Positions 11,775 through 25,684 of a DNA stretch of 64,000 nucleotides are shown piece by piece. The stretch comes from Octopus vulgaris. Lineage: Eukaryota. The notes under the pieces were generated by a model that was not told the origin of the DNA, made no database searches, and saw nothing but the letters and a program-made list of their open reading frames with translations. The number at the start of each line of letters is the position of its first letter. Position 1 is the stretch's first letter. The DNA is taken from NCBI GenBank assembly GCA_951406725.2, contig OX597828.1, positions 30,752,001 through 30,816,000 of the forward strand, read 5' to 3'. The translations under genes and the position numbers were made by a program.

Positions 11775-12520
11775 ATGGTTTCTCCATAACAGTAAAGTCT
11801 TGGCTATATATCTAATAATATTTAGTCACGTACAAAATTCTTTATTCGTTATATCATCGAAAGAATTATAAATGTAATTGCTGAATGGACGAAAATATCA
11901 ACATTTCTGCTGCGCATAAATTTCTCTCAGTAGCTTAACGTTTTGCTGCCCTCTTTACAGTTTAGGCAGATTCTCTTATATAAACCAGTATAGGAATAAC
12001 CTGCACAATTTTCAATTAATATTTCTATCCCTGAAGTTATAGTTATATCACCATGTTTCCCGTCGCAACTACCTTCCTGACCGCGTCTTCAGCTGATTTA
12101 GTCTGAGCTTCCCATTAGACAGTTTTGCTGTAGTAAGGGATATAAAACTCTGATGGTTTCCCTTCCTTTCAATACTATTCTGAAGAAATACCCTCTCGGA
12201 CTCGTTAGATATTCTACTCTCCACGCTATTTCAATATTTCTGTCAATATTTGTTTTCCAAATAAGGCAAGTATCGCTGATGCCGATAACCATAACAGTCT
12301 TTGGAGTGTGTTTTGTTAGTAATATAAGCTATAATTAATGAGAAAGCAGATTTCCCAAATTCAAAATTATGAGAAACTGAACCACGAAGTAAATAAATAA
12401 AAGTAATGCGATTCACATTAAGGGAATTAAAGATTACAAATACACTTATTCTGGAATAATATTTTGGTGAAATATTTTGTTTCGTTGAACTTTTATCTCT
12501 GAATTGTCGCTTCTCTGGAA
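11775..12520 (+). pseudogene. Decayed intronless Cys-loop (nAChR-like) receptor remnant
   Basis: Signal-like VLAIYLIIFSH, KNYK, V*ADSLI* (WxDxLxW), ISIPEVIV, MFPVATTFLTASSADLV / FPLD (12109-12120), HAISIFLSIFVFQIRQVSLMP (M2), LE*YFGEIFCFV (M4-like). Confidence 0.55.
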
Positions 12521-12659
12521 AAAAAACATATAACATTCAGTGGTACGATGTAAGACAATGGCTTCTTTTGCTAAAAATTTTCAGAAAATTACTTCATACA
12601 GACATTGATGAGTGATTAGAGTTTCTAAAATAGAAGAGGCTTGCGTAATCGGTTTGTTC

Positions 12660-12960
12660 AGTAAATATTTTGTCGATATCATTTAGACAGAAAAACAATT
12701 ACCATTCAAGTGATTGGCCTATTTAATGTAACTATATTTGATACTGTAAAGCGTAAAATCCTAGATAATGTTTCCTGGTGTCACCTATTATAGCCCATTT
12801 ATTGAATGTTTCTTGAAGCCTCTTGAATACATATTAGAGTTGAACGATGTGCTGTAATACTACTGTCTCAACAGATTTGTGATTGTAAGCCCATGCTATT
12901 GTTTGCATAACTATACACATTCATTATATTTGCAAATATTTCTATTTTCAGTCTTCCTTT
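12660..12960 (+). pseudogene. Possible decayed Cys-loop receptor-like remnant
   Basis: YHSSDWPI, TVKRK, LL*PIY*MFL, VERCAVILLS; weak. Confidence 0.3.
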
Positions 12961-13029
12961 ATGGAAGAATATGGTGTCTATCAAAGATACACGACGCTGT
13001 CATTGGAACATAAGTAACACATATTATCA

Positions 13030-13870
13030 CATTTTGAACTTGAAACAAAATCACGCATAATTTTAATTTTCAGGTTATATATTGCCTGAGTAACTTGCGT
13101 GTTATGCGCTTGATTTCCATATTGTCATTTACTCACAAACCCAACTGCACCAATTATTATCGTTATAAAAGAAAAGCATTTTATAATCTGGATGTATAAC
13201 CTTAAGTTTCAACGTCGTTGTACGTAGTAATTCTCTTATATTTTAATGTTCGAAATGATATTCACATTAGCAAGACACCTTACAAATTTAGCATAGAATC
13301 ATTTCACCTACAAAGGGATTGTGGATTACATTGGCATACGTAGCAGTTTCTCTCCCTGATAAGCAGACAGTGGACTTTTGTAACAGAAATGATAGGGTGC
13401 TTAATACCAAAATAAACAGAATTACATAAATAATATATCCTTGGTATATTCCCATTCGAATACTTATAAAATCAATAATGATTGTTCCACACACATTTGT
13501 GAGAGTGAAGATTGTTGCCAAGGTCATTGAACACCTCTCAAATGCCACAACTAAAGTAGGTTGTAACCTTAGCAACTGCAGAAATTGTAACAGTCATGGC
13601 CGCGGATAAAGCTGAGCGCTTCCCTATGAACTTGACATACTGTATTGCTTATTTTGGATAGCACATATTAGTACATCAGGACTTGCTGAATATACCACTC
13701 TCTGTCCCCAACGACATTATCCATTCGTTCATGTTAGCAGGTGGTAGAGGCTTTGATGTAAATGTTCCATAAATAATCCCCCTACTGATATTTATGCATG
13801 CATTTACTGACAATAGAATTATGTTAACTCTTCCAAGTGCAGTCTTTGCAACAGATGTTACCGACAAACT
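13030..13870 (-). mobile_element. R4/Dong/NeSL-type (RLE) LINE remnant, RT segment joined to endonuclease
   Basis: IRMGIYQGYIIYVILFILVLSTLSFLLQK..VIHNPFV followed by VRCLANVNIISNIK..LKVIHPDY..ITIIIGAVGFV. Confidence 0.8.
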
Positions 13871-13899
13871 TTTGTTGCTATGGGAATTACTAGCTTAAG

Positions 13900-15560
13900 G
13901 TATTTCGGGCAGCTACTGATCTCATGCGTGTTACATACAGAAATTCGACATAATCCTTCCTCTCGGTTGCATCTTGGGACTCAAAGGGTTTCAGTGTCTC
14001 TTTTGTTTGTAAGTGTTTTTGTCGCAATCACTGCCGGATTGGCAACACATGAGCTTTGAAATGTGATATGATGTCGCACTCACGGGTCTCGGAAGGGCTG
14101 CATTTCATCTCGATATTAGTATCATCTTCAAGTCTTGAGGACGCGTACCCGTGCATGACATTTTGTTTGGCATGCTGAACGTTTCACATCCGGTCAATTA
14201 GTTCAGCTATGATTGAGTTGTACGGCACTTCGTCGGTAAGAGAGTACTTCCATGTCAGTTCACTGGAAACACGTAGCATGCTGTTCTCTTCGCTTTCCTT
14301 CACTTGGTTATATATTTATTTTTGCTGGTGTCAGCGTGTGATGTCTATGGCAGACTATTGTATATTCAAAATCTTGTCGCACTTATCTTGGGCCTCTAAC
14401 TCATTCCTCAGTATTTGGTAAACACTGTCATTATCAATATTTCTGTGCAAGTATCTTGCTGATCTCTGCATATTTCGGTTTTCAATGTTAATAAAATGGA
14501 TTTCATCAACAGGCAATGCAACTAGTCCAGATGCTGATATCAGAACTAGTACTGTTAATACATTGCAGAATATTATCGCGTTGTAAGAGGAATGTTATGA
14601 TTGTCATAATTACTAAATCTGGTCGAAGTTCATCCTACGCATGATATATTTTCAAAGCCTATCTGTAGCTGTCATCGTGTGCAACAAGAAGATAGAGGGA
14701 TATTTGATGCAAAAGTCGGTATTTACCTAACTCCATCTGTGTTTCTGCCTTGCAACAATATTAGCATAGAATCAGATTACCTACAATGGGACTACGGATT
14801 ACATTGCAATATGTAGCTGTTGCTCTCCCTGATAAGCAGACAGTGGACGTTTGTAACAGCAATGATAAGGTGTTTAATACCAAAATAATCAGAATTACAT
14901 AAATAATATACCCTTGGTATATTCCCATTCGAATACTTATAATATCAATAATGATTGTTCCACACTCATGTTTGAGAGTGAAGATTGATGCCCAGGCCAT
15001 TAAAATCCTCTCAATCACATCATCGAAAGTAGCTGGTAACTTTAGCAACTGCAGAAATTGTAGCAGTCATGACCGCGGATAAAGCTGACGCTTCCCTACG
15101 AACGGACATACTGTGGTGTTTACATTGGATAGCACAGATTAGTATATCAAGATTTGCTCGATATATCATTAATTCTTCTTCGTTTCACCTGCGTACTATT
15201 CAGTCACCCGTGTTTTTACTAACATTAATCGTAGAAGTTTTGGTTGAATAATCTTATGTAAAGTCTGTAGACAAGCAATTGGCCTATAGATTTCTGGTTT
15301 CATGTTCATTAGCCCGTGTAATGCAGAATCCACCAATGTAGTCTTAAATATTAGTAACAAGTTCGTATATGATGTTATTAATAGATCAGTAATTAGCATC
15401 TTACGATCCCGTATGTTCTCTAGCAACGACGTCAACAATTTCAAACACAGGAGTATTTGTTTGTTTCCCCTCATTCATCATGAAAACAAGGTATCGCACA
15501 AGGGTAGTTTAGAAAATTTCTTCCCAGTTTCACACTGTAGTTAAAAACGTTCTTTAGCTG
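13900..15560 (-). mobile_element. R4/Dong/NeSL-type (RLE) LINE remnant
   Basis: IYRPIACLQTLHKI, IRMGIYQG..VLNTLSLLLQ, VDEIHFINIENR..LHRNIDNDSVY, and zinc-knuckle-like KCSPSETRECDIISHF. Confidence 0.8.
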
Positions 15561-16239
15561 AATTTACTTCACCGAAGTCGTTGTCGAATCTGTTGCTTAT
15601 GCACAGATATGGGTGTTTTGAGATGACAGTAATAGTTTCTTTACATTATGTTCATCCTCCCTTAAGGCAAAGAAGAGAAGATTGGACAAGTTGGACAAGC
15701 AATTACTATCTGAGACATTCATCATATTTGCAATGGAAATTGCTTATACCTGAAGCTGACTTTCTGTAAAATACTTTTGGTTTTGATGAGATCTTCACCA
15801 CTTATTTTTCTAGAGCCGATAACAGAGTGACTACGTATTTTACATTAAGTCATATAAGTCTTAAATTAAACGAACGTGACAAGTAATGCGAGAAAACATA
15901 TCATTCAAAATAAGTACCTTACTTTTGTCTTATTTCATTTTCTTTTGATATTCATGCTAATCCAGTTGTTATCAATTACATCCTTGATCGTTCAAACGAG
16001 GTTGCAAGTAAGGTAAAGAAGATTTAGTAATGTGAGATTTTTAACAATAGGCTGGTAAATGAAAAATAAATGCTTCACTTGTTTAGAACAGATAAATGCA
16101 CTTGTTACATTTTTATCCGCAGCAGTAGTTGTCATAATTGTAGAAAAATGACATTAAAAAGTACGTTCAAATTTGTCCGCTAGGGGCCATCCTTATCCAA
16201 GGCCATTTTATAAGCATGTACGTATGGATATATGTATGT

Positions 16240-16530
<291 letters not shown>

Positions 16531-16539
16531 AACGCAGTA

Positions 16540-16700
16540 ATTTTGCAAAGACAACTTCGGAAATCAGATACATACTCTTTGCAAGACAGAAGGAAAGTGA
16601 GCAGAAAGCCTCTCCAAGTATTCCATGTACATCTCAAATTGCTGCTGTCACCCTCGTGCATATACAGTGGCTTATAAAATTTTCCCACAATTCAAACTCT
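16540..16700 (-). pseudogene. Possible Cys-loop receptor M1-M2 remnant
   Basis: FYKPLY then LGE / [14 protein letters not shown] in ORF 16167..16688. Confidence 0.3.
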
Positions 16701-16889
16701 ACTCCTTAGCATTATAAAAGGGGAATATCAGCTGTAAGAAGTCCCTTAGATTAATGGCACAGAGTACTCAACTGTAATTTGAGGAGTACAGCATTTGCTT
16801 GCAACGTTTTCCCGTCCCCTACAGGTATATTTACTGGATTTCCCAAACTGTCTTTACATCCTTCCTGCGTTCGAGAGATTCATTATATA

Positions 16890-17077
<188 letters not shown>

Positions 17078-17259
17078 AATATATTAAAGATTAGTGTTTC
17101 ACTGTTCGGTCAAGGCTATACCGGCGTTACTCGGGATTAAAGTGGATTAGTGTTTCACTTGCTTCGGTCATGTAAGTGCGGTATACATGTATATACACAT
17201 ATATACGTAGTTCTCCAATGTTATTGATGCATACATACAGACACACAAACTCAGTTTTT

Positions 17260-17356
<97 letters not shown>

Positions 17357-17439
17357 TTATATATATATATATGTGTGTGTGTGTGTATGTGTGTGTATGT
17401 GTGGATGTATGTATATATGTATATGCATCTATGTATTTA

Positions 17440-17850
17440 TTCTTATACAAGGATGTCGTTGAAAGTGACTTCGAAATTTCGATCAGCTAACTCACCGTCG
17501 GACTACTTTGCATTGCAGTTAGTTTTGTGTGTAGATTCCAGTTGGGTAGTAAGTAGGCTTTTATTGAGAGGTGCTGTGGAAAACAATTTATGGAGAAAAT
17601 TTGGGATTATGTTATCGATTGAGATATATATTCCTGAATGTAGAACCATGTAAACAAGTTTTCAGGCAATGTTTAGCAGAAGATCTGCAAATCTATGGCA
17701 GGCCTCAAAGTATATATTAAGATACACAAAGATCAGAACTTAACTGCAGCTCTTAGTGGTCCAAATCGGATATGCAATCTATGTGGTTTAAAAAGCCACA
17801 TGAGTTCATTCAGAGTCTGAGATTCCTAACAGATGGCGACACTGAGCAAT
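17440..17850 (+). mobile_element. RTE-type LINE 3' remnant with C2H2-like tail
   Basis: YKDVVESDF..., CKSMAGLKVYIKIHK...ICNLCGLKSHM. Confidence 0.55.
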
Positions 17851-17899
17851 CATGTTTTTTCACGCCTTTTTACCATAAGAGATATTTTTCTTCACACTA

Positions 17900-18200
17900 A
17901 CTGTAGTGTATTTGCCTTTAGCAGTTGAAATATGTGACAAACATATTTTAAATATAAAGTGCTTTCCGGTATGATTATACTTGTCTTTGTTCCTGTTGAC
18001 TCACATCAAACTGAAAATATATTTTCTCATCTTGCCAGGCTTTAATTTTGCGTTAGTACTACGCATTCAGATAATCTCAAACTTTTGTTGTTATTGCCAT
18101 GACAATAAACTATGCATCACTTCAATGCTGCATAGACAGGCGATGTGATAGAAATATTATTGATCTGGGTATTGTTGGGTTTAATCCTATTCCTTTAATA
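17900..18200 (+). pseudogene. Cys-loop receptor M1-M2-M3 remnant
   Basis: In one frame from 17980: LVFVPVDSHQTENIFSHLARL*FCVSTTHSDNL, resembling LVF.LPVDSGEKI...SDNLP; duplicated at 20114-20308. Confidence 0.5.
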
Positions 18201-19274
18201 TTTCGGTCAAATGTACAAATACCCGAATTTAAGATTTAGTAATTGGATATGTTAACTTTTTCACTAAACAACATAGGTAAGTGATACTTTTAGGCTGGTC
18301 ATGTCTTTATGGTATTTCCTGTTTTCCCTTGTAAGATTGGGGTCACGCATACCAGGTCTCTGCTATTATATTAATATATTTGTTTCTCTTGAGTTTTGAT
18401 GATCACGCAAGTATTTGAGTAGAGATTGTATATGTTTATATGTTTCTCCCCAGGTGTTCCCTAGGTCAAAATTTGAGCTGCAAGCTATCATCGTGTATTT
18501 CGTATATATGTGTTTGTGTAACCATACCAAAATCTTGACAATCACACATTGAAACACATTAAAATCCCCGACAGCTACAAATACTGGACCAGAAGGCGAA
18601 CAGCTAAAAATACCAAGGACGCCAAAATTCGTGTTACAGGACAGATTCCCCGGGTTAAAACTTGAGTTGGTGCTTATCTCCTTTTATTTCATATTCACCG
18701 CCTTCAAAATATAGGACCCGATTATGCAGGTGTATTAGTTTGACGCTCGGGAAAGTGAGAAAGTCTTTTACGTTTCGAGCCTATACTCTTCAGTAGAAAG
18801 GAATAAGAGACAAACATATGAAATTTTCACGTTTATTTCAAATATTTATGAGCCAAACGAGATGGGTCCTTTTTTACGAGTTAGTCAAACTATGGAGCGT
18901 AGTCCCGAATGGAACTTTTATCAAATAATATAGAAGCACATATATGTGTGTGTATGTGTGTGTGAGTGCGTGTGTTTGTGCCCATATGTATGTGGGGTAG
19001 TTGGATATACGTATATATAAGGAAAACAAGACAAGGTAGAAAATGCTAAAATATTTTTATGAAGAATATTTTAGTACCGGTTCTAGTCTTTGTGAATTAT
19101 CAATTTTGAGTAACGTATGAAAAACAACTAACGCGTGAGAAAATGAAATGATATGCTTCTTAAAAATATTTCCACTGTTTGCAAATGCAAGTGATATTTT
19201 CCTTTTTACTGTCTGCATCTCCTTTTTACTCTTCTTTGTATGTATGTAGAAATCATTAAATCTTTCAATCTTTA

Positions 19275-19800
19275 TATCGTTTTGGCTTCAAAAATGAGGT
19301 AATGCTGGGGCACGACATTTGTGTGTGCCACACCATTGTTTGAAACCTCCTCTAATGAGTGGCATTTGGTAAGTTAGGGAGTTTGATGCGGTTACCCTCT
19401 TCTGTATTTCCTGTCCGTGAGCTTAGCTCATCTGGAACCTTTAGAGGCGATCCAGTTTTGCATAGCTAGCAAGGGTGGTTATCAGAGCAGCTGAGGGTAT
19501 GTTTGAGAGGGCCAATATCAACAGCGGTGGGCCTCAGACAGTGCCCTGTGGAATACCACTTACTATTTGTGTTTCATTATAGGGGCTCCGTTAGTCACCA
19601 CTGCCTGACGTCTGCCATTGAGAAAGTCGTGCAGCCACTCTCCATGTTTTCCAACTATGTCGAGGAAACGGCATATGCATATATACAAGACCAGTCTAAG
19701 ACTTGTGCTAAATCTATCTTCCTTTCCTCACATCAATTATTATCACAGCTGATACTGTGAAAGTTCTGACGTCGATCCTTGGAGAATGAATATATCCCAG
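19275..19800 (-). mobile_element. CR1/L2-type LINE remnant (RT fused to 3' end by deletion)
   Basis: LDIVGKHGEWLHDFLNGRRQAVVTNGA..SGIPQGTV..TTLASYA, then sequence matching the 3' end at 3760-3860. Confidence 0.8.
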
Positions 19801-20049
19801 CTGTGGATGACACCAGCTAGCCAAAACTGTGACTATATTTTACCCAAAACATTGACATACACTCACTTGTTTCAAAATTACAGACACTAACACACACACA
19901 CACACACAAAAAACACACATACATGCATAGAGACACACACACATACAAACATACATACATGAATGCACGTCCACACACACACATGTTTGTATACAGTGTT
20001 TGAACTGGTGTACTGATATTGTATATTAAGAATAAAGAGGTAGTCAGAA

Positions 20050-20450
20050 CTTGGGATAATTCTTTAATAGCGCTTTCGTTCGTATAACCGAACTCTTCAA
20101 GATCAATTAATACACATATTTTATTCATGAATGCGTGTTTTCCGGTAGGATTATACTCGACGTTGTTCCTGTTTACTCGCATCAAACTGAAAATATATTT
20201 TATCATCTTGCCAGGCTCTAATTTTGCGTTAGTACTACGCATACAGATAATCTCAAACGTTTGTTGTTATTGCTATGACAATAAAAATATTACTTCAATA
20301 CTGCATAGTCACGTTCTGTCTCAATTGAACTTAATCAGTAGCCTACGTTATAACCTCATCGGAAAAATATAGAAAATATTATTTGACAAAGATTTGCTTA
20401 CAGTTTTCTTTAAATATCGTGTTTGTTTTGGTGCAACTGTTTATCCTGAA
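20050..20450 (+). pseudogene. Cys-loop receptor TM-region remnant (duplicate of 17941-18135)
   Basis: FMNACFPVGLYSTL, VVPVYSHQTENIF; ~195-bp direct repeat with the 18-kb copy. Confidence 0.45.
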
Positions 20451-20603
20451 AATAAAAAAACAACAGCTGAGGATATGTTGCAAGTCGGCTTTAAGTAAGT
20501 TAATCTTTAAATCTATTCTACGGTTCGTTGTTTGCTGACAAAACACTGAAATATTAATTGAAAGATTATGCAGCGCAGTTTCCATTCAGAATCTCACATA
20601 CTG

Positions 20604-20653
<50 letters not shown>

Positions 20654-20754
20654 CATATACATATGTATATGTATATTTATACATATATAGATATATATAT
20701 GTGTGTGTATACATATATACACCTATATATGTAGATGTAGATATATAGATATAG

Positions 20755-20785
<31 letters not shown>

Positions 20786-20820
20786 TTAAAGTATGTATGT
20801 ACGCGTGTGTCTATGTATGG

Positions 20821-20899
<79 letters not shown>

Positions 20900-21258
20900 T
20901 ATATAGTACATTTAAGTTTCATTTAAATTAGCCACTTAAATTGAAGCACCTTTTTAGGCCAAAGTAACATACATAGCCTACAATATTAAGACAAGATCAA
21001 ACTTGAATCATAAGTGCCGCCCATACGATATCCTTGCAGTGTTTTCGGATAAAAAGCTCCAGCCTAGAGGAGAAATCCACTCTTAGCTATTCGAACATGT
21101 ACATTGCATTAGAAATACTGTGTATAAGATTTACGAAGCATACCTTCCAGGGCAGGTGACTGAAATGTAATTGAGTTACAAGGAAGAGGTGTCAAACAAT
21201 TACGTTGTTGGAAACGGCCGTAATGAATTGACACCTGTAATTCGTTGTTACAGAATTA

Positions 21259-22540
21259 TCAGTTCATCCCATAAGTTGTGAGCGAGTTTACCTTTTCTTA
21301 AAATTGAATGAAATTTAATAGTATTTTAGAATGTATAATGGAATTTAAAATTATTTTTATGCATTTGTGTAACATTTAAAATAATTAAATATTATTTTAC
21401 AGAATACCAGAAATAAAATTTCTTTCATTAAAGCCCTTTCTAACATGGAAGTATCCAGAGAGCATTTGAGGCACATAATGCTTTATGAGTAGAAAAAAAA
21501 GGAAACTCAGCAGCCGAAGCGACTCGAAATATACACTCAGTTTATGGGAAAGAATGCTTGAATGAAAGAACTTGCAGAAGGTGGCTTGCAAAGTTCAGAA
21601 GTGGAGATTTCAGTCTTGAAGCCTAAGATCGAACAGGATGTCCAGTTGAGTTTAATGATAAGCTCCTTCAGGCATTACTTGAAGAAAATTCTGCATTATC
21701 AGTTAAAGAATTGGCAATAAAGCTTACTTATAGCCATACAACTGTTCATCGTCATCTTCATCAACTTGGAAAGGTTCCTAAAATTGGAAAATGTCTGCTT
21801 CATGAATGGTCCGTAAAGAACCGCAAATCGCGAGTTGACATCTGCTCTTCTCTGCATTCTGGCGAAATCATTTCATCCTTTTTCGATAGGTTTTTGACTG
21901 CTGACGAAACATGGATCTTCTATCGAAATGTTAAACGCCATAAACAGTAGCTTAATAAAAGGGGGAAAAGCTCAACCACATCCGAGATGGGAACTTCATG
22001 GGAAGAAGTTCTACTCTTTATCTGGTAGGATTGCAAAGGAGTAACTAATTTTGAATTGTTACCACCTAATGCAACAATCAATGCTCAAGACTACTATCAG
22101 CAATTAGAGTGTTTCAAGCAGGTTTTGAAGTAAAAAGATCCGCTTTAGTGAATCGAAAAGGAGTGATGTTTCATCAGGACAATGCGCGACATCACACTGC
22201 AAAGATCACATCACAGAGATCGAAAAGCTAGGCTGGGAAAAAAATCTTCATCCACTTTTTTCTCCCGACTTTGCTCTTTCAGACTACCATTTCTTTCGTA
22301 GTTTACAGAAACATTTGGGGAACATAAATCTCGCAAGCCAGGAGGAGGTCGAAACTAACATTTCAGAGTTCTTTGCTTTGAAACCAAAAGAGTTTTACAT
22401 TGATGTGATTAAAAAGCTTGTAAACTGATGGAAGTCATAGATAATCAGGAAAAATATATTCATGATTAGATTTCATTTAAATATAACATTTGATAAGCTG
22501 TTTTCTTTATTCAATATTCGGACAGAAGTTACGAGATGAC

Positions 22541-22544
<4 letters not shown>
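21259..22544 (+). mobile_element. Full-length mariner transposon (mellifera-like), inactive
   Basis: TA-tcagttcatcccataagttgtgagcga ... tcggacagaagttacgagatgacctga-TA TIRs; ~1.29 kb. Confidence 0.93.
21445..22469 (+). pseudogene. Mariner transposase pseudogene
   Basis: MEVSREHLRHIMLYE..GNSAAEATRNI..LTADETWIFY..HQDNARHH..FSPDFALSDYHFF; stops and frameshifts. Confidence 0.93.
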
Positions 22545-22621
<77 letters not shown>

Positions 22622-23084
22622 GTATGTATATGAATGTATGTATATACATATTACTTGTATTTTGAATATCACTTGGTACATTTACTGACCATGTGATTTT
22701 AAATACTCTAGTTTGTCACAAATAATTGCTGAAACATCTTCATTAGTTTACATGTTATTGGTACGTTTCAACGAATGTGTTATAAAATATTGCATTAATT
22801 TTCTATGTTGCATTTATGCAAATGTTAAACTCTATGACTAAAATAAAACCCACCAAGAACATCCCAAACGAATAAAAAATGCTGTCCGATCTTATAGCAA
22901 CAATAATTAATTCTGATTCCGCTTTAACGTTAATGAATAATTTAATTAATACGTTGATGTTCTAGTTCAATTAACAAACATCTATATGGTATAGCAGAAT
23001 ACATTATCTTTTGGACACTTAAATGAGACTAATTATTGCTTATAATATGTAAGATAAATATTATTATATTTGAAATATGTTAAA

Positions 23085-23460
23085 GAACTCTCTGCGTCGC
23101 CATCTGCAGAACCAGATATAGACTGAGTATTTCTATACGATATCATGAAAGCATTGATAATTTCCTTTGAGATATCGTTTGAAAGAAGTATATTTTCCAT
23201 TTTCCTTGTTTCAAATGTCCAAGAAATATTAATAAATAGAACTGCTTTCAGTTCCCTCCCATGCACTACTTCATTAAATCTTCGCACTGTAAGAGTATGG
23301 GCGAGGTTCTTAAAAATACACTCTTGTTTTCACCTCAATATTTTTTTCGACCACCGGTTGCATACGATGGAGTAGCGTGGCATTGTAAAATTTGGAAGAC
23401 AGGGCTGAGACTAATATCCCTGTAGTTCTTGATTCTACAGGCAACTATCTTCTATGAAAA
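23085..23460 (-). mobile_element. RTE-type LINE RT remnant
   Basis: RRFNEVVHGRELKAVLFINIS..KMENILLSNDISKEIINAFMISYRNT..SADGDAE. Confidence 0.75.
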
Positions 23461-23684
23461 CGGAAGAATGCCTCCTTTAACAAATTTCTCTAAGCGGTTG
23501 TGATGGAATTTCGCTTTACATAGTCGAGAAAGAATGTCAATAAATATCCATACTTTTCCATACTTCAGTTGGAATTCCGATCAAATCATCTGCCTTCCTT
23601 TTTTTCAACGATAATATGACAGCTTATACATAAAAATACTCCAAGTTTTATGTTAAGTTTATGATGAATGATCCTTCTAATTTC

Positions 23685-24527
23685 AATGTTGGCACCTTAC
23701 CTGTCCATTATAAGTCTGGATTATTTTTTACGCACCTCTGTATGTGTAATGACAGGCAAAGCGTCAACTCTTCAGCAAGCCAGAAGCAGGCGTTTTCCAA
23801 CTGTGACTATCACAGATGCTGATTATGCTGATGAATTGGTTCTACTACATGAAGTTTGTAATGCAGATTCTCACTTCAACCTCCTTGAAAATGAAGCTGA
23901 AAGCTGAAAAACGTTGAAAAAGTTTGAGGAATTCACATGTCTTGGAAATAAAATGGCAAACAAATATCTGTCTGCAAATGGTGTCAGAATTAGCAAAGCG
24001 TGGGGAGCTTTAAATAATAAGTTATCAGTAGTCAGGAAATCTAAGCTTCCATTAAATTTGAAACGTAATATATTTCACTCATCTGTGCATTCAGTGTTAT
24101 ATTGATGTACAATATGGATTCCAACGACTTACCATGAAAAGAAAATCGAAGGAACTTATATAAGAGGCCTTAGAGCTGCTCTGGACATCTCCTCGAGACA
24201 ACACCCTACGAAATAAGCTCTCGATGGTAATTTGTCACGTATATCATATGTCATCAGAGGAAGAAGAACAAGATTCACCGGACATTGCTAGAGAGAAAAG
24301 AATGAGATCCTCAGCGACGTTTTTCTCTGAGAGCTGGAGCATGGCTAAACAAATGCTGGTAGACCAGATCGAACCCACATAAAGCAACTGTGAGAGGACT
24401 CGGAGCACACGTAAGAAGACCTAACAACACGTGCAATAGTGGACCACACTGACCGGATAGAACGATTCACGGCGATCCATGCAATAAGTACTATCGGATG
24501 ATGATGATGATGATGACGATGATGTAT
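23685..24527 (+). mobile_element. RTE-type LINE 3' part with (GAT)n tail
   Basis: LAPYLSIISLDYFLRTS..ARSRRFPTVTITDADYADELVLL..RISKAWGAL..RRTRFTGHC..GRPDRTHIKQL; ends atcggatgatgatgatg. Confidence 0.9.
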
Positions 24528-24639
24528 TTGAATTGCTAGTAAAACACACCTTAACAACTTAATATTATTTCACTAACACCAATGTGTCTATTTTACAAAT
24601 CTAATGTGTATTAACTCGATGGCTTATTTTAGATGGTAA

Positions 24640-25360
24640 TCTGTGGGAAGTTGTTGCTGGTGTATAGCGTCTTCACGTTTCTGTATCACCTGCGAGACTT
24701 TTGATGCATCTGCATAACCTATAATCGTGGTTTTTGTGCAGTCCCAGAACATTGCCTTGCAGAATATCCTCGCGTGTCATTCGAGTGGCCCCATTGGCTA
24801 CTACTGCTTGACTTCTATTTTCCAGAAAGTCATGCAGCCATCGTCTGAATATTCCGACTATGCCGAGATCATGCAGTTTGTGATATATCATTCCATTATT
24901 GACATTATCGAAAGCTTCCGCAAAGTAGAGATATATTACATCCACATTTGAGTGGTTAATCAGCTGTTTCAGCACCCAATCATAGTCTTGTAAGAGCTGA
25001 ATCAGGCAGCTTCTTCCTGGTCGGAAACCATGTTGTGTGTCAGTCAGCAAGTCATTTCCCTCAAGGAAGTTGATTAGTTTTCTTTTGAGTTTGCTGTTGT
25101 GCGAGTTCAAAGAGGTACGTTTGTAGCTTTTGGCCTCTGTTTTGCTATCACCATTATGGATGGGACATATTTTCCTTTTCTTCAGCTTGCTTGGAAGTTT
25201 GCCGGCTACAAGGAATCTCTGGAAGAGAGACTGCAGTGGTTTTTTTACGACTCGCTTACATGATTGTAGAAGGATTACTGGGAATCAATCGGGCGAGTAG
25301 CTGAGTTCGAATTCATCGCATGTGTAGACCTTATTACATCATCATTTACATTACTGTAAT
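24640..25360 (-). mobile_element. CR1/L2-type LINE RT remnant
   Basis: KPLQSLFQRFL..ICPIHNG.., LINFLEGNDLLTDTQHGFRPGRSCLIQLL..VDVIYLYFAEAFDNV..WLHDFLENRSQAVVANG. Confidence 0.9.
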
Positions 25361-25577
25361 CAATCATCGCAGACTGTAATCAATCATCGTATATATATAT
25401 ATATATATATATATATACGAGTGAGGGACAAACGGAAGAAAGGAAATCCATAAATATTTTGTGGGTTACATGTATGGATAAAAATGGCTTGATTCAAATT
25501 CAAAATGGCAGACGACTAGCATCACGCTTGAAACGCAGGAGTATCAACGTATTTGAAGCTATTTCGATCCATATATT

Positions 25578-25684
<107 letters not shown>

